Below, in pieces: positions 9,219 to 18,623 of a DNA stretch of 60,342 nucleotides; within the stretch, counting starts at the first letter, position 1, and every line of letters starts with the position of its first letter. This DNA comes from a virus (lineage: Duplodnaviria > Caudoviricetes). Location: IMG/VR virus record IMGVR_UViG_3300005613_000071, positions 1 through 60,342 of that record; one strand, written 5' to 3'. The notes below the pieces were generated by a model. The model saw only the letters and a program-made list of their open reading frames with translations, did no database searches and was not told the origin of the DNA. The position numbers and the translations under genes are program-made.

Positions 9219-9678
9219 CACGACTGGTAGATTTGCGGAAGAGAGATTCAAGAGGGCGGCCAAGCGGCTAGGGTTTGAGGTAATCAAATCCAGCAAGAAA
9301 GAAGACATGCAGAAACACATCGACTACTGGCTACACTACAGCGATAGGAAGCATTCAGTTGATGTGAAAGGGAACAACCTGCCAGATGAAATCTGGTGTG
9401 AGTTCAAGAACGTAGCGGGGAACGAAGGATGGATGTATGGCAACGCACATATCATCGCATTCGATATGCCTGAAGAAGGCGGATTCTCCATTGTAGATAG
9501 GGAAGAACTACGAGAGTGGTGTGAGAAGAATGTAGCTGACATATTTGTTGACAAGCGCAATGCGTATCGAAAAAAGTACCAGCGCAAAGACAGACTTGAC
9601 GTCATCACCATGCTCAACTTACACGACCTTAAGGAGTTAGATTCCTACCGAGTCTGGCCCTACGAGACGGATTATTGA
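9187..9678 (+). CDS. PD-(D/E)xK nuclease-like protein
   Basis: G..AE, HIDYW...SVDVKG, EFKN..G..GW motifs. Confidence 0.65.
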   Translation: MQSQKRRSYSNTTGRFAEERFKRAAKRLGFEVIKSSKKEDMQKHIDYWLHYSDRKHSVDVKGNNLPDEIWCEFKNVAGNEGWMYGNAHIIAFDMPEEGGFSIVDREELREWCEKNVADIFVDKRNAYRKKYQRKDRLDVITMLNLHDLKELDSYRVWPYETDY

Positions 9679-9720
9679 CTATCTTGTAGGTCCTTTTAAC
9701 CACCATTTTTTACAGCACCC

Positions 9721-10704
9721 ATGAGCAACTCGATCTTTGAGAAGAGGCTGAGCTATAAGCCCTTCGACTATTCTGAAATCACCGACCCCCTCATCAACGC
9801 GATGTGGGCTAGCCACTGGACACACAATGAATTCAACTTTAAGTCAGACGTCCAGGACTACCATACCTCACTCACGAAAGAGGAGCAAGGCGTTATCAAA
9901 CGCGCTATCCTTCTCATCTCACAGGTGGAAGTGGCGGTGAAATCGTACTGGTCGAACATCGGCAAGCACCTGCCCAAGCCAGAGATTGCAGATATGGGTG
10001 CTGTATTTGGTGGCGTTGAGGTCATCCACTCACGTGCTTACTCAGAGATACTGACGAAGCTGGGGTTGGAGGATGAGTTCAAGACCTTGCTTGATAACGA
10101 GCCAGTGCTCAACCGCGTTAACTACTTGAACAAGTATGTGGACCGCGTGTATGAGGACGATCGAAAGCAGTTCTTGTACAGCCTCATCCTATTCACACTC
10201 TTTACTGAGAACGTGTCTCTGTTCAGCCAGTTCTACACCATCCTGGGATTCAACAGGTTTCAGGCTGTCTTCAAGGACACGTCGAACGTGGTGCAGTACA
10301 CGAGCAAGGAAGAGAACCTTCATGCAGAGGGTGGCATGGCTCTGATCAATCAAATCCGCCGCGAGCATCCTGAGTTGTTTGATGCTGAGCTTGAAGAACG
10401 CATCAGTCACGAGGCTGAGGAAGCCCTTCAAGCAGAGGGTCGCTTGATTAACTGGATCCTTCAAGGGTTTGAGAATCAGTTCCTTAGCGAGTCTATCTTA
10501 AACAACTACTTGAACAACAGAGTTAACGAAAGCATGCGTCGCATCGGCTTTAATCTTGAGTTCCCTGTGAACCAAGAGAAGCTGGAGGTTACGGCATGGA
10601 TGGACGAAGAGGTGTATGCGTCCGCGTTATCTGACTTCTTCCACAAGAAGCCTATCGATTACGCAAAGAGCACCAAGAGTTTCACAGCAGAAGAACTATT
10701 TTAA
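9721..10704 (+). CDS. nrdB: Ribonucleotide reductase beta subunit, class Id-type
   Basis: Ferritin-like ligands QVE70VAVK74, E100VIH103SRAY107, TENVSLF, KEENLH; DFFHKKPIDY tail. Confidence 0.93.
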   Translation: MSNSIFEKRLSYKPFDYSEITDPLINAMWASHWTHNEFNFKSDVQDYHTSLTKEEQGVIKRAILLISQVEVAVKSYWSNIGKHLPKPEIADMGAVFGGVEVIHSRAYSEILTKLGLEDEFKTLLDNEPVLNRVNYLNKYVDRVYEDDRKQFLYSLILFTLFTENVSLFSQFYTILGFNRFQAVFKDTSNVVQYTSKEENLHAEGGMALINQIRREHPELFDAELEERISHEAEEALQAEGRLINWILQGFENQFLSESILNNYLNNRVNESMRRIGFNLEFPVNQEKLEVTAWMDEEVYASALSDFFHKKPIDYAKSTKSFTAEELF

Positions 10705-12380
10705 TGAAAGATTTTTACTGGGTCACAGAAGAGACTCGACAATTTATGGAGAAGGGATACCTTGACCCAGGCCAATCGGTCGAAGACAGGGTGAGAGAGA
10801 TAGCTGCCCACGCTGAACGCATCCTAGAAGACACCATGCAGGGTGACTGGGAAGGATTCGCTGATGACTTCTACGAATGTATGAAGCGAGGGTGGTTTAG
10901 CCTGAGCACCCCAGTGTGGGTAAACTTTGGTAAGGATAAGGGCTTGCCTATCTCGTGCTTTGGTACGCAGGTTCAGGACGATACATTCGATATCTTACGT
11001 GGGGCTGCAGAGATTGGAGCTATGAGCAAGGTGGGTGGCGGCACGGCAACGTACTTCGGTAAGCTTCGACCTCGTGGAGCTAAGATCTCTACGGGTGGCG
11101 AGACCAACGGGGCTGTGTCTATGATGGAGCTGTTCAATACGACAACCAACGTCATCTCTCAGGGCAAGGTGCGACGCGGGAGCTGGGCTGCATACCTTGA
11201 TGTGGAACACCCAGACATCGAGGAGTTCTTGCAGATCCGCAGCGAGGGGCACGCTATACAAGATGTGTCATTCGCTGTGTGTATCGGAGACAAGTGGATG
11301 AAGGAGATGATCAAGGGAGACCGCAAGAAGCGTGAGATCATGGCTAAGATTCACAAGAAGCGCAGCGAGACAGGCTATCCATACATCTTCTTTACAGACA
11401 ACGTAAACAACGCACGCCCGTACGTATACGAAGACAAGGGGTTGAAGATCACACACTCACAGTTGTGCGCAGAGATCATGGAGTACACAGACGAAGAGAA
11501 GTCTTTTGTCTGCTGCCTATCCTCTATGAACCTACTGCACTACGACGAGTGGAAGGCCCCCGATACGAAGAAAGATCCAGTCATGGTATTGACAGCCTTC
11601 CTTGACGCTGTGTATTCAGAGTTCATCGATAAAGCCAAGGACATTCCGTTCATGGAGAAAGCTGTTCGCTTTGCTGAGGATCACCGCAGCATTGGGGTCG
11701 GAGCACTTGGCTACCACTCGTACCTGCAGAGCAAGGGCATCCCATTCGAAAGCTTGCAGGCTCGGCTTATAAACAAGGAGATGTTTGCTCACATCATGCG
11801 ACAGACAAACCAAATGAGCATGCAGCTAGGAATGATGGGTGGTGTGTCTGAGTTCATGGAAGGGTACGACTATCGCCACAGCACGCGCATGGCAGTAGCT
11901 CCTACCACCTCGTCCTCATTCATCCTTGGTCAAGTCTCCCCATCTATCGAGCCGCTGCAATCTAACTACTTCACAAAGGATTTGGCTAAAGGCAAGTTCA
12001 CTTACAAGAACCCATACCTTAAAGACCTCCTTGCTGAGAAGGGTAAGGATGATGCAGCCACATGGAAGAGCATCATGATGAAGGGCGGGTCAGTACAGCA
12101 TCTGGATTTCCTTACTCAAGAAGAGAAGGATGTATTTAAGACGTTTGCTGAGATCTCGCAGATGGAGGTGGTTCAGCAGGCCGCTGACAGACAGAAGTTC
12201 ATCGATCAGGGTCAGTCTCTTAACGTGATGATCAGCGATGACGTACCACTAAAGGATGTCAATCAGCTCGTCATCAAGGCGTGGGAGTTAGGTATCAAGA
12301 CTTTGTATTACCAACGAGGAGTCAACCAGGCACAGGCTGTTGGCAGGGATATCTTAAATTGCGCAGTGTGTGAGGCGTAG
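10704..12380 (+). CDS. nrdA: Ribonucleotide reductase alpha subunit (short, no ATP-cone)
   Basis: PISCF, SQLCAEI, VCCLSS, AVAPTTSSS, KTLYYQR, C-terminal CAVCEA. Confidence 0.95.
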   Translation: MKDFYWVTEETRQFMEKGYLDPGQSVEDRVREIAAHAERILEDTMQGDWEGFADDFYECMKRGWFSLSTPVWVNFGKDKGLPISCFGTQVQDDTFDILRGAAEIGAMSKVGGGTATYFGKLRPRGAKISTGGETNGAVSMMELFNTTTNVISQGKVRRGSWAAYLDVEHPDIEEFLQIRSEGHAIQDVSFAVCIGDKWMKEMIKGDRKKREIMAKIHKKRSETGYPYIFFTDNVNNARPYVYEDKGLKITHSQLCAEIMEYTDEEKSFVCCLSSMNLLHYDEWKAPDTKKDPVMVLTAFLDAVYSEFIDKAKDIPFMEKAVRFAEDHRSIGVGALGYHSYLQSKGIPFESLQARLINKEMFAHIMRQTNQMSMQLGMMGGVSEFMEGYDYRHSTRMAVAPTTSSSFILGQVSPSIEPLQSNYFTKDLAKGKFTYKNPYLKDLLAEKGKDDAATWKSIMMKGGSVQHLDFLTQEEKDVFKTFAEISQMEVVQQAADRQKFIDQGQSLNVMISDDVPLKDVNQLVIKAWELGIKTLYYQRGVNQAQAVGRDILNCAVCEA

Positions 12381-12384
12381 TGCT

Positions 12385-12392
12385 TATATTTG
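12385..12392 (+). promoter_or_regulatory. Bacteroidota -7 promoter box TATATTTG
   Basis: Exact TAnnTTTG immediately after nrdA stop. Confidence 0.55.
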
Positions 12393-12434
12393 CATCGTTA
12401 CACAGGGTTATATATGCTGTGGAACTTCGCTACT

Positions 12435-12460
12435 GAGAGAGGGCTTCGGCCCTCTCTTTT
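12435..12460 (+). terminator. Intrinsic terminator at the nrdA / convergent-gene junction
   Basis: GAGAGAGGGC-TTCG-GCCCTCTCT-TTT hairpin. Confidence 0.8.
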
Positions 12461-12464
12461 GGTA

Positions 12465-13037
12465 TCACGTCCAGTTGTTAGAGCCCAGTACAACGAAGCG
12501 AGTGCCAGTGAACATGAAGGTCACCCACTCTCCGACACCGATAATAGGTCCAGAATGGTTGTCGAAGAAGTTAGGGGGAGAAGCAAACACATAATGTACG
12601 TCACTAAAATCTGAGAGTGTGCCATACAAAAGACTAGGTCTAACTGTTATATCTGATGTCTTGTTTTTTACCCCCACACAAAAAACAGATCCTGGAGCAA
12701 GATTAAGTTCAACATCTATTTCTCCAGTAAAACCCGCCTTCCACAATGGCCCAGAATTCAACGAAAAAACATTGAAGCCTTGGGGGCCTGAAACTTGTGA
12801 GTAGACATCATCTGGAGTCTCATTAAAGTCAATAAGTGTTTCATGATCTTTTTTGCCAAAGTACATGCGTCCAACCCCTAAGCTGCCGATTGAGGTAAAA
12901 AACCACTCAACATTCTTGTCTTCGTTGGCGCTGTATTTGCCTAAAGAAATGTCTTGCTCGTCGCCCAAGCTGTTTACGACGTCGTTATCTATGAGCCTAA
13001 ATCCAGGCTCTATAAAAGGAAATACGTGGCTTCTCAT
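12465..13037 (-). CDS. Cassette paralog 3 (MRSHVFP...WVTFMFTGTRFVVLGSNNWT); possible virion/adhesin-like protein
   Basis: Shares N- and C-terminal motifs with the next two ORFs. Confidence 0.75.
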   Translation of the reverse strand: MRSHVFPFIEPGFRLIDNDVVNSLGDEQDISLGKYSANEDKNVEWFFTSIGSLGVGRMYFGKKDHETLIDFNETPDDVYSQVSGPQGFNVFSLNSGPLWKAGFTGEIDVELNLAPGSVFCVGVKNKTSDITVRPSLLYGTLSDFSDVHYVFASPPNFFDNHSGPIIGVGEWVTFMFTGTRFVVLGSNNWT

Positions 13038-13681
13038 GATATCCAGTTGTTAGAGCCGAGGAGCACGAAGTTGGTCCCATTCCACATGAGTGTGGTCCAG
13101 CATGATTTGTCGACGACATAACCATCATTAGGGTTGTGTAAATCTATGCTAAAAGCACCAGAACCGAAAGAACCTTCTTCTGGGTAAAACACCCCCGCCC
13201 CTTCGTTGCCGTATACGACTGGAACGAGGTTTCTTTTGAGCACATTGTCTGCGGGGTTCTTTGATCCTATACAAAAAATTTCCCCAGCAGTTAATTTTTC
13301 TGGATCAGGAAGCTCGCTTGCCTCAAGAAATGTTGAGAGAGAAGCGCTACCAGAAACAATAGGGTTTGTCGAAAGTATGTAAGAGGTCCAAATGTTTAGT
13401 GCTATAATTGAATCGTGGCCTCCGCTCCAATCTAAATTTGTTTCTGAAGGGACTGATACATTTGAATCGAGTAAGTACTCTCCTCCTCCCTCCACAATAA
13501 AGTTGATGGATCCAACCTCTGAGCTCGAAGTAAGTGTACTGACCACGTACACACCCCCGTCCGAACCAACACCCCTGTAGTTACTATATTGGGCCGAATA
13601 AAAAGGAGCGCTTTCGTCTATCTCGATTCCGTCGAGCTTTTGAAATTTATTGTTTGATACAGGAAATACGTGCTTTCTCAT
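13034..13681 (-). CDS. Cassette paralog 2 (MRKHVFP...WTTLMWNGTNFVLLGSNNWIS)
   Basis: Conserved termini; ATGA coupling. Confidence 0.75.
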   Translation of the reverse strand: MRKHVFPVSNNKFQKLDGIEIDESAPFYSAQYSNYRGVGSDGGVYVVSTLTSSSEVGSINFIVEGGGEYLLDSNVSVPSETNLDWSGGHDSIIALNIWTSYILSTNPIVSGSASLSTFLEASELPDPEKLTAGEIFCIGSKNPADNVLKRNLVPVVYGNEGAGVFYPEEGSFGSGAFSIDLHNPNDGYVVDKSCWTTLMWNGTNFVLLGSNNWIS

Positions 13682-14277
13682 GATATCCAGCTATTAGACC
13701 CCAGGATTACCCAGCGAGTGCCAGTGAACATTACTGTGACCCAGATATTGCCGCCAGAAGAGTATGTTGTGGTGGAGGATAAACCAAATGCACCCGTATC
13801 AAATGGAGGTATAAAATCTGTGACCGTGTGGACGTCAAGGTTTGGAAGACTACGAGTAGTGGCTATATCCGTTGATGGTTTTGAGCCAATACAAAATATA
13901 GATCCCTCAGAAAGAGAATAGTCTTGTATATCAGTGATATAAAGACGGTTTTTAAAAAGCTCGTTGCTAGAGTTCTTAATGCTTCGGGCATGAAAAAAAG
14001 TAATAAGTAGTGGCTCACTGATTGTTATTTCCGATGGGGCTGATATATCGCTCAACAAATACTCCCCCCCGCCGCCATCGACGATAAAGTCAATACGCAC
14101 TATTAGATCTCCTGCAATATTGAAGTTAGCAGCCCCTTGGACGCCATCTGAACCAGTAGTCTTGTAGTAAATGTTATTTCCGCTAACACCAGCTAATAGA
14201 CTCCTGCCCTCATCTATCGTCTCAACATCTAGCTTATTGAAGCTAGGTCTGCATACAGGAAATACGTGGCTTCTCAT
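13678..14277 (-). CDS. Cassette paralog 1 (MRSHVFP...WVTVMFTGTRWVILGSNSWIS)
   Basis: Conserved termini; ATGA coupling. Confidence 0.75.
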   Translation of the reverse strand: MRSHVFPVCRPSFNKLDVETIDEGRSLLAGVSGNNIYYKTTGSDGVQGAANFNIAGDLIVRIDFIVDGGGGEYLLSDISAPSEITISEPLLITFFHARSIKNSSNELFKNRLYITDIQDYSLSEGSIFCIGSKPSTDIATTRSLPNLDVHTVTDFIPPFDTGAFGLSSTTTYSSGGNIWVTVMFTGTRWVILGSNSWIS

Positions 14278-14286
14278 AACGCTAGG

Positions 14287-14661
14287 TTATGTAGTAGCCG
14301 TCAACCCAATAGGCACCCAGTTTTCTCCGTTCCAGAAACAAGTGAATACTGCCGCCGAGTCCGTGCCATCACCCCCGTACTGAAGATCGACCTCTCTGAA
14401 GTCGGCGTCATTGGCGAAAGGACCGTATGGATCCATGTTCACAATGCAAGAGAAGTCTCCGTTGTCCTTTCCGATTTCCAATATGATTCCAGAAAGGTCT
14501 GGCTCTGGCTTAACGAGATTGATTACAACATCAGCCCCACCATCCTTAACCAAGATGCGACTCGTATTCATGTTCCAGTCAGCGGAGCCAGAGGCTGTGT
14601 CCACCTCTTGGACTTCTTCTTCTCGAAAGTACGGGATGATAGTCTTATAGTCTCTTGCCAT
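14287..14661 (-). CDS. Hypothetical beta-rich protein; C-terminus resembles the cassette family (FTCFWNGENWVPIG)
   Basis: First gene after minus-strand promoter box TATATTTG (~14678-14685). Confidence 0.7.
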   Translation of the reverse strand: MARDYKTIIPYFREEEVQEVDTASGSADWNMNTSRILVKDGGADVVINLVKPEPDLSGIILEIGKDNGDFSCIVNMDPYGPFANDADFREVDLQYGGDGTDSAAVFTCFWNGENWVPIGLTATT

Positions 14662-14757
14662 ATCTATTTGTTTGATGCAAATATACTAAACACAGGCTTA
14701 TGTGTTTAAGACATAATTTATTCAGCCCCCTTTTTTATTTCGTACATTTGGTGACGA

Positions 14758-16656
14758 ATGAAAACCATTATCACTACCCTCTTACTGGCAATTACCTTTT
14801 CGAGCATAGCTCAAGAATGTAGCCTATTAGTGCCTGATAACGTTAGAGTTATGGGCATGAATCGAACCGATGTAAACCTCGCTGAGGTTGACACCGTTGT
14901 ACTACCCATCGTGTTCCACATCGTACACACTGGAGCAGGAGAAGAAAATAACATCTCCGACGAGCAGATCATGTCGCAGGTCGATGTTCTCAACGAAGAG
15001 TTCGCAGACAGTAAGATCCAGTTCTGCATGGCTTCTCGTGACCCTGAAGGCAACCCCACTAACGGCATCACTCGCACGGACTATAGCTCCAATGAGGATT
15101 ACATGATGGATGGTATCAGTAATGGATCAGGTAGCGGAGCCGACCAGACACAGCTCAAGAGCGACGTCGGTTGTTGGAATCCTTCTGAGTACATCAACTA
15201 CTATGTCGTCACTGAAATCAACGGAAACGACGGGGGCTGGGGCATTCAGGGTTTTGCCTACCTCGGTCCCACTGGTGACTGCCGAGACGGTGTCGTGTGT
15301 CTGTATAACGTGACTGGAAACGTAGGCACACTCAAGGCTGGGCGTGAGCTTGGGCTCACTGGGGTTCATGAGATGGGGCACCACCTCACATTGTGGCACA
15401 CGTTCAGCAATAGCAATGACTGCGACGAAACAAACTGCGAAACTCAGGGGGACCAAGTGTGCGACACCCCGCCAACAACACCTAACGACATCGGGTGCCA
15501 GACTGCTGATTGTCCAGACGCCTTGATTGAGAACTTCATGGACTACACGCCAGAGACTTGCCGAGAGAGCTTTACCGTGGGTCAGTCGGAGCGCATGCAC
15601 GAGTGCCTTCAAACATCTAGATCAGGCCTAGTAGATAACTTGTCATGCGTGCCTGTTGTAGACTACGACGCCACCGCATTGACAGCCTACTATCAGCAAG
15701 AGTGGTGCACCCCAACCCAAGACATCTGGATTGATGTGGTAAACCAAGGCACTCTGACTATCCCCATGCTTGACGTGCAGCTCTATGTCAACGGCAACGA
15801 ATATGTACAGACTTTGTTTGATGTGCCTGTTGGCACTTCGGAAGTGTTCTTTCCTGACGTGTATGTAGATGGGGCTCAGATGTTTGAGGTTCAGACTATT
15901 AGCGACGTTGACCAATACCAAGACAACGACTACGCATGGTGGCCCATCTCTACAGTTTCGGGTGAGCTGCTAGACATCGTGGTTGGTACAGACAACTGGG
16001 CTAACGAAGTAGACTGGGTGCTGTATGACGATGATGGGGAGGTTGTGATTGGTGATGGGAACTATCCCTTTGGATACGCCACTTACGTGTATGAAGCGTG
16101 CGTGAACGAGGGATGCTACACCTTCGAAGCGACCGACACCAATGGAGATGGCATGTGTTCTCTTGACTTTGGCAACGATGGGGTGTGTGATATTGGGGGT
16201 GATGGTATTACAATCTCAGTAGGTGATAACGTAATCCTTGCTACAGGTCAGACCGAATACTCTCTGTTTGACACAACGTTCTGCTTCACTATCGGAAGCT
16301 GTCCTCTAGACTTTGATGGCAACGGAGCCGTAGGTAATGGAGACATACTTGAGATGATGCTTGAGTATGGATGCAGCAGCGGATGCCAAACAGATCCAAA
16401 CAATGACGGAATCGTAAACGTCATGGACCTGCTCTACATACTGACCAGTCTTGGTGACTGCCCCCTCGAACAAGAATTCTCTGTGGGTATGCTCAAGGAC
16501 TTAACCATTACCGCAGCTTCATCGGGCGGGGTCGGAAGAGATCCGCGTATCTACGATATGACTGGACGTCAGGTTCAAGGACCGCTAGAGAACCTTGCTA
16601 CTGGAGTGTACATCCTGAAGTGGAAGAGTCTAACCAAAAAAGTTTTCGTACAATGA
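14758..16656 (+). CDS. Secreted pappalysin-type (M43) zinc metalloprotease with dockerin-like repeats and T9SS type A-like C-terminal domain
   Basis: Signal peptide; LPIVFHIV; HEMGHHLTLWH; ENFMDY Met-turn; DFDGNG/DPNNDG repeats; IYDMTGRQV...GVYIL...KKVFVQ; TACATTTG promoter upstream. Confidence 0.85.
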   Translation: MKTIITTLLLAITFSSIAQECSLLVPDNVRVMGMNRTDVNLAEVDTVVLPIVFHIVHTGAGEENNISDEQIMSQVDVLNEEFADSKIQFCMASRDPEGNPTNGITRTDYSSNEDYMMDGISNGSGSGADQTQLKSDVGCWNPSEYINYYVVTEINGNDGGWGIQGFAYLGPTGDCRDGVVCLYNVTGNVGTLKAGRELGLTGVHEMGHHLTLWHTFSNSNDCDETNCETQGDQVCDTPPTTPNDIGCQTADCPDALIENFMDYTPETCRESFTVGQSERMHECLQTSRSGLVDNLSCVPVVDYDATALTAYYQQEWCTPTQDIWIDVVNQGTLTIPMLDVQLYVNGNEYVQTLFDVPVGTSEVFFPDVYVDGAQMFEVQTISDVDQYQDNDYAWWPISTVSGELLDIVVGTDNWANEVDWVLYDDDGEVVIGDGNYPFGYATYVYEACVNEGCYTFEATDTNGDGMCSLDFGNDGVCDIGGDGITISVGDNVILATGQTEYSLFDTTFCFTIGSCPLDFDGNGAVGNGDILEMMLEYGCSSGCQTDPNNDGIVNVMDLLYILTSLGDCPLEQEFSVGMLKDLTITAASSGGVGRDPRIYDMTGRQVQGPLENLATGVYILKWKSLTKKVFVQ

Positions 16657-17669
16657 AAAAGCTACTGTGGTTCCTGATCCCCGTGCTGTCTTACGGGCAG
16701 GGGATATGCGACATAGAGATCCTTGGGTTCAACCCCATCTCTACAGACATGACGATAGTCATTAATGGTGGGTACTGCACTCCTGAGGCAGGTGATTCTA
16801 TTGGTGAGTTCCTTCTTAGTATAGCCTTCAATCCAGCCCTCGAAGACAACGGGGATTGGGGGTGCATATATCCTAACGGATGGGCATACCTCATCTTCCC
16901 GCTTAACTTTCCTGGCTTTGACATCGGGGAAGGTGATGACGGCATGCTTCAGACAGGAGACACGGTGTCCTTCGCCCTCAATGAAATCCCAACCTTCGGG
17001 AGCGGGACAGCCTACTGCTGGATAGAGATCATGCAGAGTGGAGCTTACTTTGAGGAGTGCTTGGTTATATCTGTATGGCAGATCAACGACAGCAACCCGC
17101 TTGATGGGAGCAACACTGGCATTGGTGGGTTCCCGTATCCTGATGCAGACATATTCAACTCATGGATAATGTGGAGCTTGAACGGAGCCTGTTCACCACC
17201 GCCTCCACCCATCGTGTACGGATGCACGGATATGTTCGCGTACAACTACAACTTTGTAGCGTCTCAAGATGATGGAACGTGCGTCTATCAGGGATGCCAA
17301 GACCCGCTTGCGCTTAACTATTGCGAAGAGTGCGAGGTAGAAGGGCCTTGTATTTATGAACCCCCAGGAGGAGAGGATTGCAGTGACCCGCTAATCTTTA
17401 TTGCAAATACGTTTAGTCCTAACAACGACGGCCTCAACGACTACTGGAAGGTGGTGACTAGAGCTGAGTGCTGGCTGACATGGGAGTTACGCATATACAA
17501 CAGGTGGGGTACGCTCGTATGGATGAGCTATGACCCTGATGCTAAGTGGCTAGGGGAAAGGCTTGACGCCTTTGTTCCTGACGGTGTGTATACGTGGGCT
17601 CTTAAGGCTAAGACTTACGAGTCAACGAAGGTTGTTGACATGGCTGGACAGATAACGATATTTCGTTAA
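16653..17669 (+). CDS. Secreted Cys-rich protein with gliding-motility/T9SS type B C-terminal domain
   Basis: Signal peptide; GCTD..A.NY repeats; NTFSPNNDGLND...IYNRWG...PDGVY...GQITIFR. Confidence 0.8.
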   Translation: MKKLLWFLIPVLSYGQGICDIEILGFNPISTDMTIVINGGYCTPEAGDSIGEFLLSIAFNPALEDNGDWGCIYPNGWAYLIFPLNFPGFDIGEGDDGMLQTGDTVSFALNEIPTFGSGTAYCWIEIMQSGAYFEECLVISVWQINDSNPLDGSNTGIGGFPYPDADIFNSWIMWSLNGACSPPPPPIVYGCTDMFAYNYNFVASQDDGTCVYQGCQDPLALNYCEECEVEGPCIYEPPGGEDCSDPLIFIANTFSPNNDGLNDYWKVVTRAECWLTWELRIYNRWGTLVWMSYDPDAKWLGERLDAFVPDGVYTWALKAKTYESTKVVDMAGQITIFR

Positions 17670-17974
17670 TTGCAATCCTTCTGACGCAGATCATCGACTA
17701 GAATCTCTAAGCGGGCTACGTCTCTTTCTACGTGGTTGAGCCTGAGGTTTTGCTCTGCGTCGTCAGGCAAGCTGCCCATCTCGCCTCTAGGCCACTTGAT
17801 CCTAAACTCTGAGTTCAGTTCGATCTCTTGGTTGTGACGCATCTTATCTATCTCTAGATGCGAAATCCTTTCCATGATTGTGAAGTATCCCCACACAGCA
17901 CCGCCAACTCCAACTACAATCTGGATCAGCCACTTGATATTTATTCCGAAGCTCGTGCTATCGTCTAATTTCAT
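17666..17974 (-). CDS. Membrane-anchored hypothetical protein (lysis region)
   Basis: One hydrophobic segment followed by coiled coil. Confidence 0.65.
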   Translation of the reverse strand: MKLDDSTSFGINIKWLIQIVVGVGGAVWGYFTIMERISHLEIDKMRHNQEIELNSEFRIKWPRGEMGSLPDDAEQNLRLNHVERDVARLEILVDDLRQKDCN

Positions 17975-18183
17975 TGAACCTGGTTCTTGGCCAAGAGGAG
18001 TTTAATCTCCTGGATGTCCGCCATAAGTTTTTTGAAATCAGATTTAAATTCTTTATTGTCCGCTTCGAGAGCGTATACCCTTGAGCTAAGCTTGTTATAG
18101 TCCGCCTGGAACTTAATCCACCCGCCGACAAGCGTGCCAGCTACGGCAAGAAACTCGAAGTGAGATAGATATTGTTCAATCAT
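17971..18183 (-). CDS. Small TM + coiled-coil protein (lysis region)
   Basis: FLAVAGTLVGGWI segment then heptads; ATGA coupling. Confidence 0.65.
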   Translation of the reverse strand: MIEQYLSHFEFLAVAGTLVGGWIKFQADYNKLSSRVYALEADNKEFKSDFKKLMADIQEIKLLLAKNQVQ

Positions 18184-18623
18184 TTCTTGGACTTTTCTAT
18201 GGTCCTACCAGCGAAGTAGGCACCAAATGATGTTAGCATAAGTATCTCCAGCAAAGATACATAACTTTCTTTGACGTTAAATGGCAGATAATCAAGTGAA
18301 TCCAGGACCATAGTCACCATAAACATGCTCATCAAAGCAATCAAAGTTACAGGGCGTATGTACTTAGCGAGCTTGATGTCGCTGTTCATGTCCGCCTTCC
18401 ATCTCTCAGTAACGTTGTTCTGGAATGCAATCTCTGCGTCAATCTTTGCCTTGACTTCTTCTGGACTCAAGTCAGGGTATTGCTTGTCAATAAGGTTCTT
18501 TACAACACCCAGCGCACCCTGATCTGGCAAGAGATCCCCCACTGTATCCAATACGTTAGGGGCCTTCTCTTTAAGCCACTTGCCAAGGCTGGTATCTTTA
18601 ATCTTCTTGCTTTCCTGACTCAT
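18180..18623 (-). CDS. Putative holin
   Basis: RWKADM...IRP, two TM helices, GAYFAGRTIEK C-terminus typical of a phage holin family. Confidence 0.7.
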   Translation of the reverse strand: MSQESKKIKDTSLGKWLKEKAPNVLDTVGDLLPDQGALGVVKNLIDKQYPDLSPEEVKAKIDAEIAFQNNVTERWKADMNSDIKLAKYIRPVTLIALMSMFMVTMVLDSLDYLPFNVKESYVSLLEILMLTSFGAYFAGRTIEKSKK

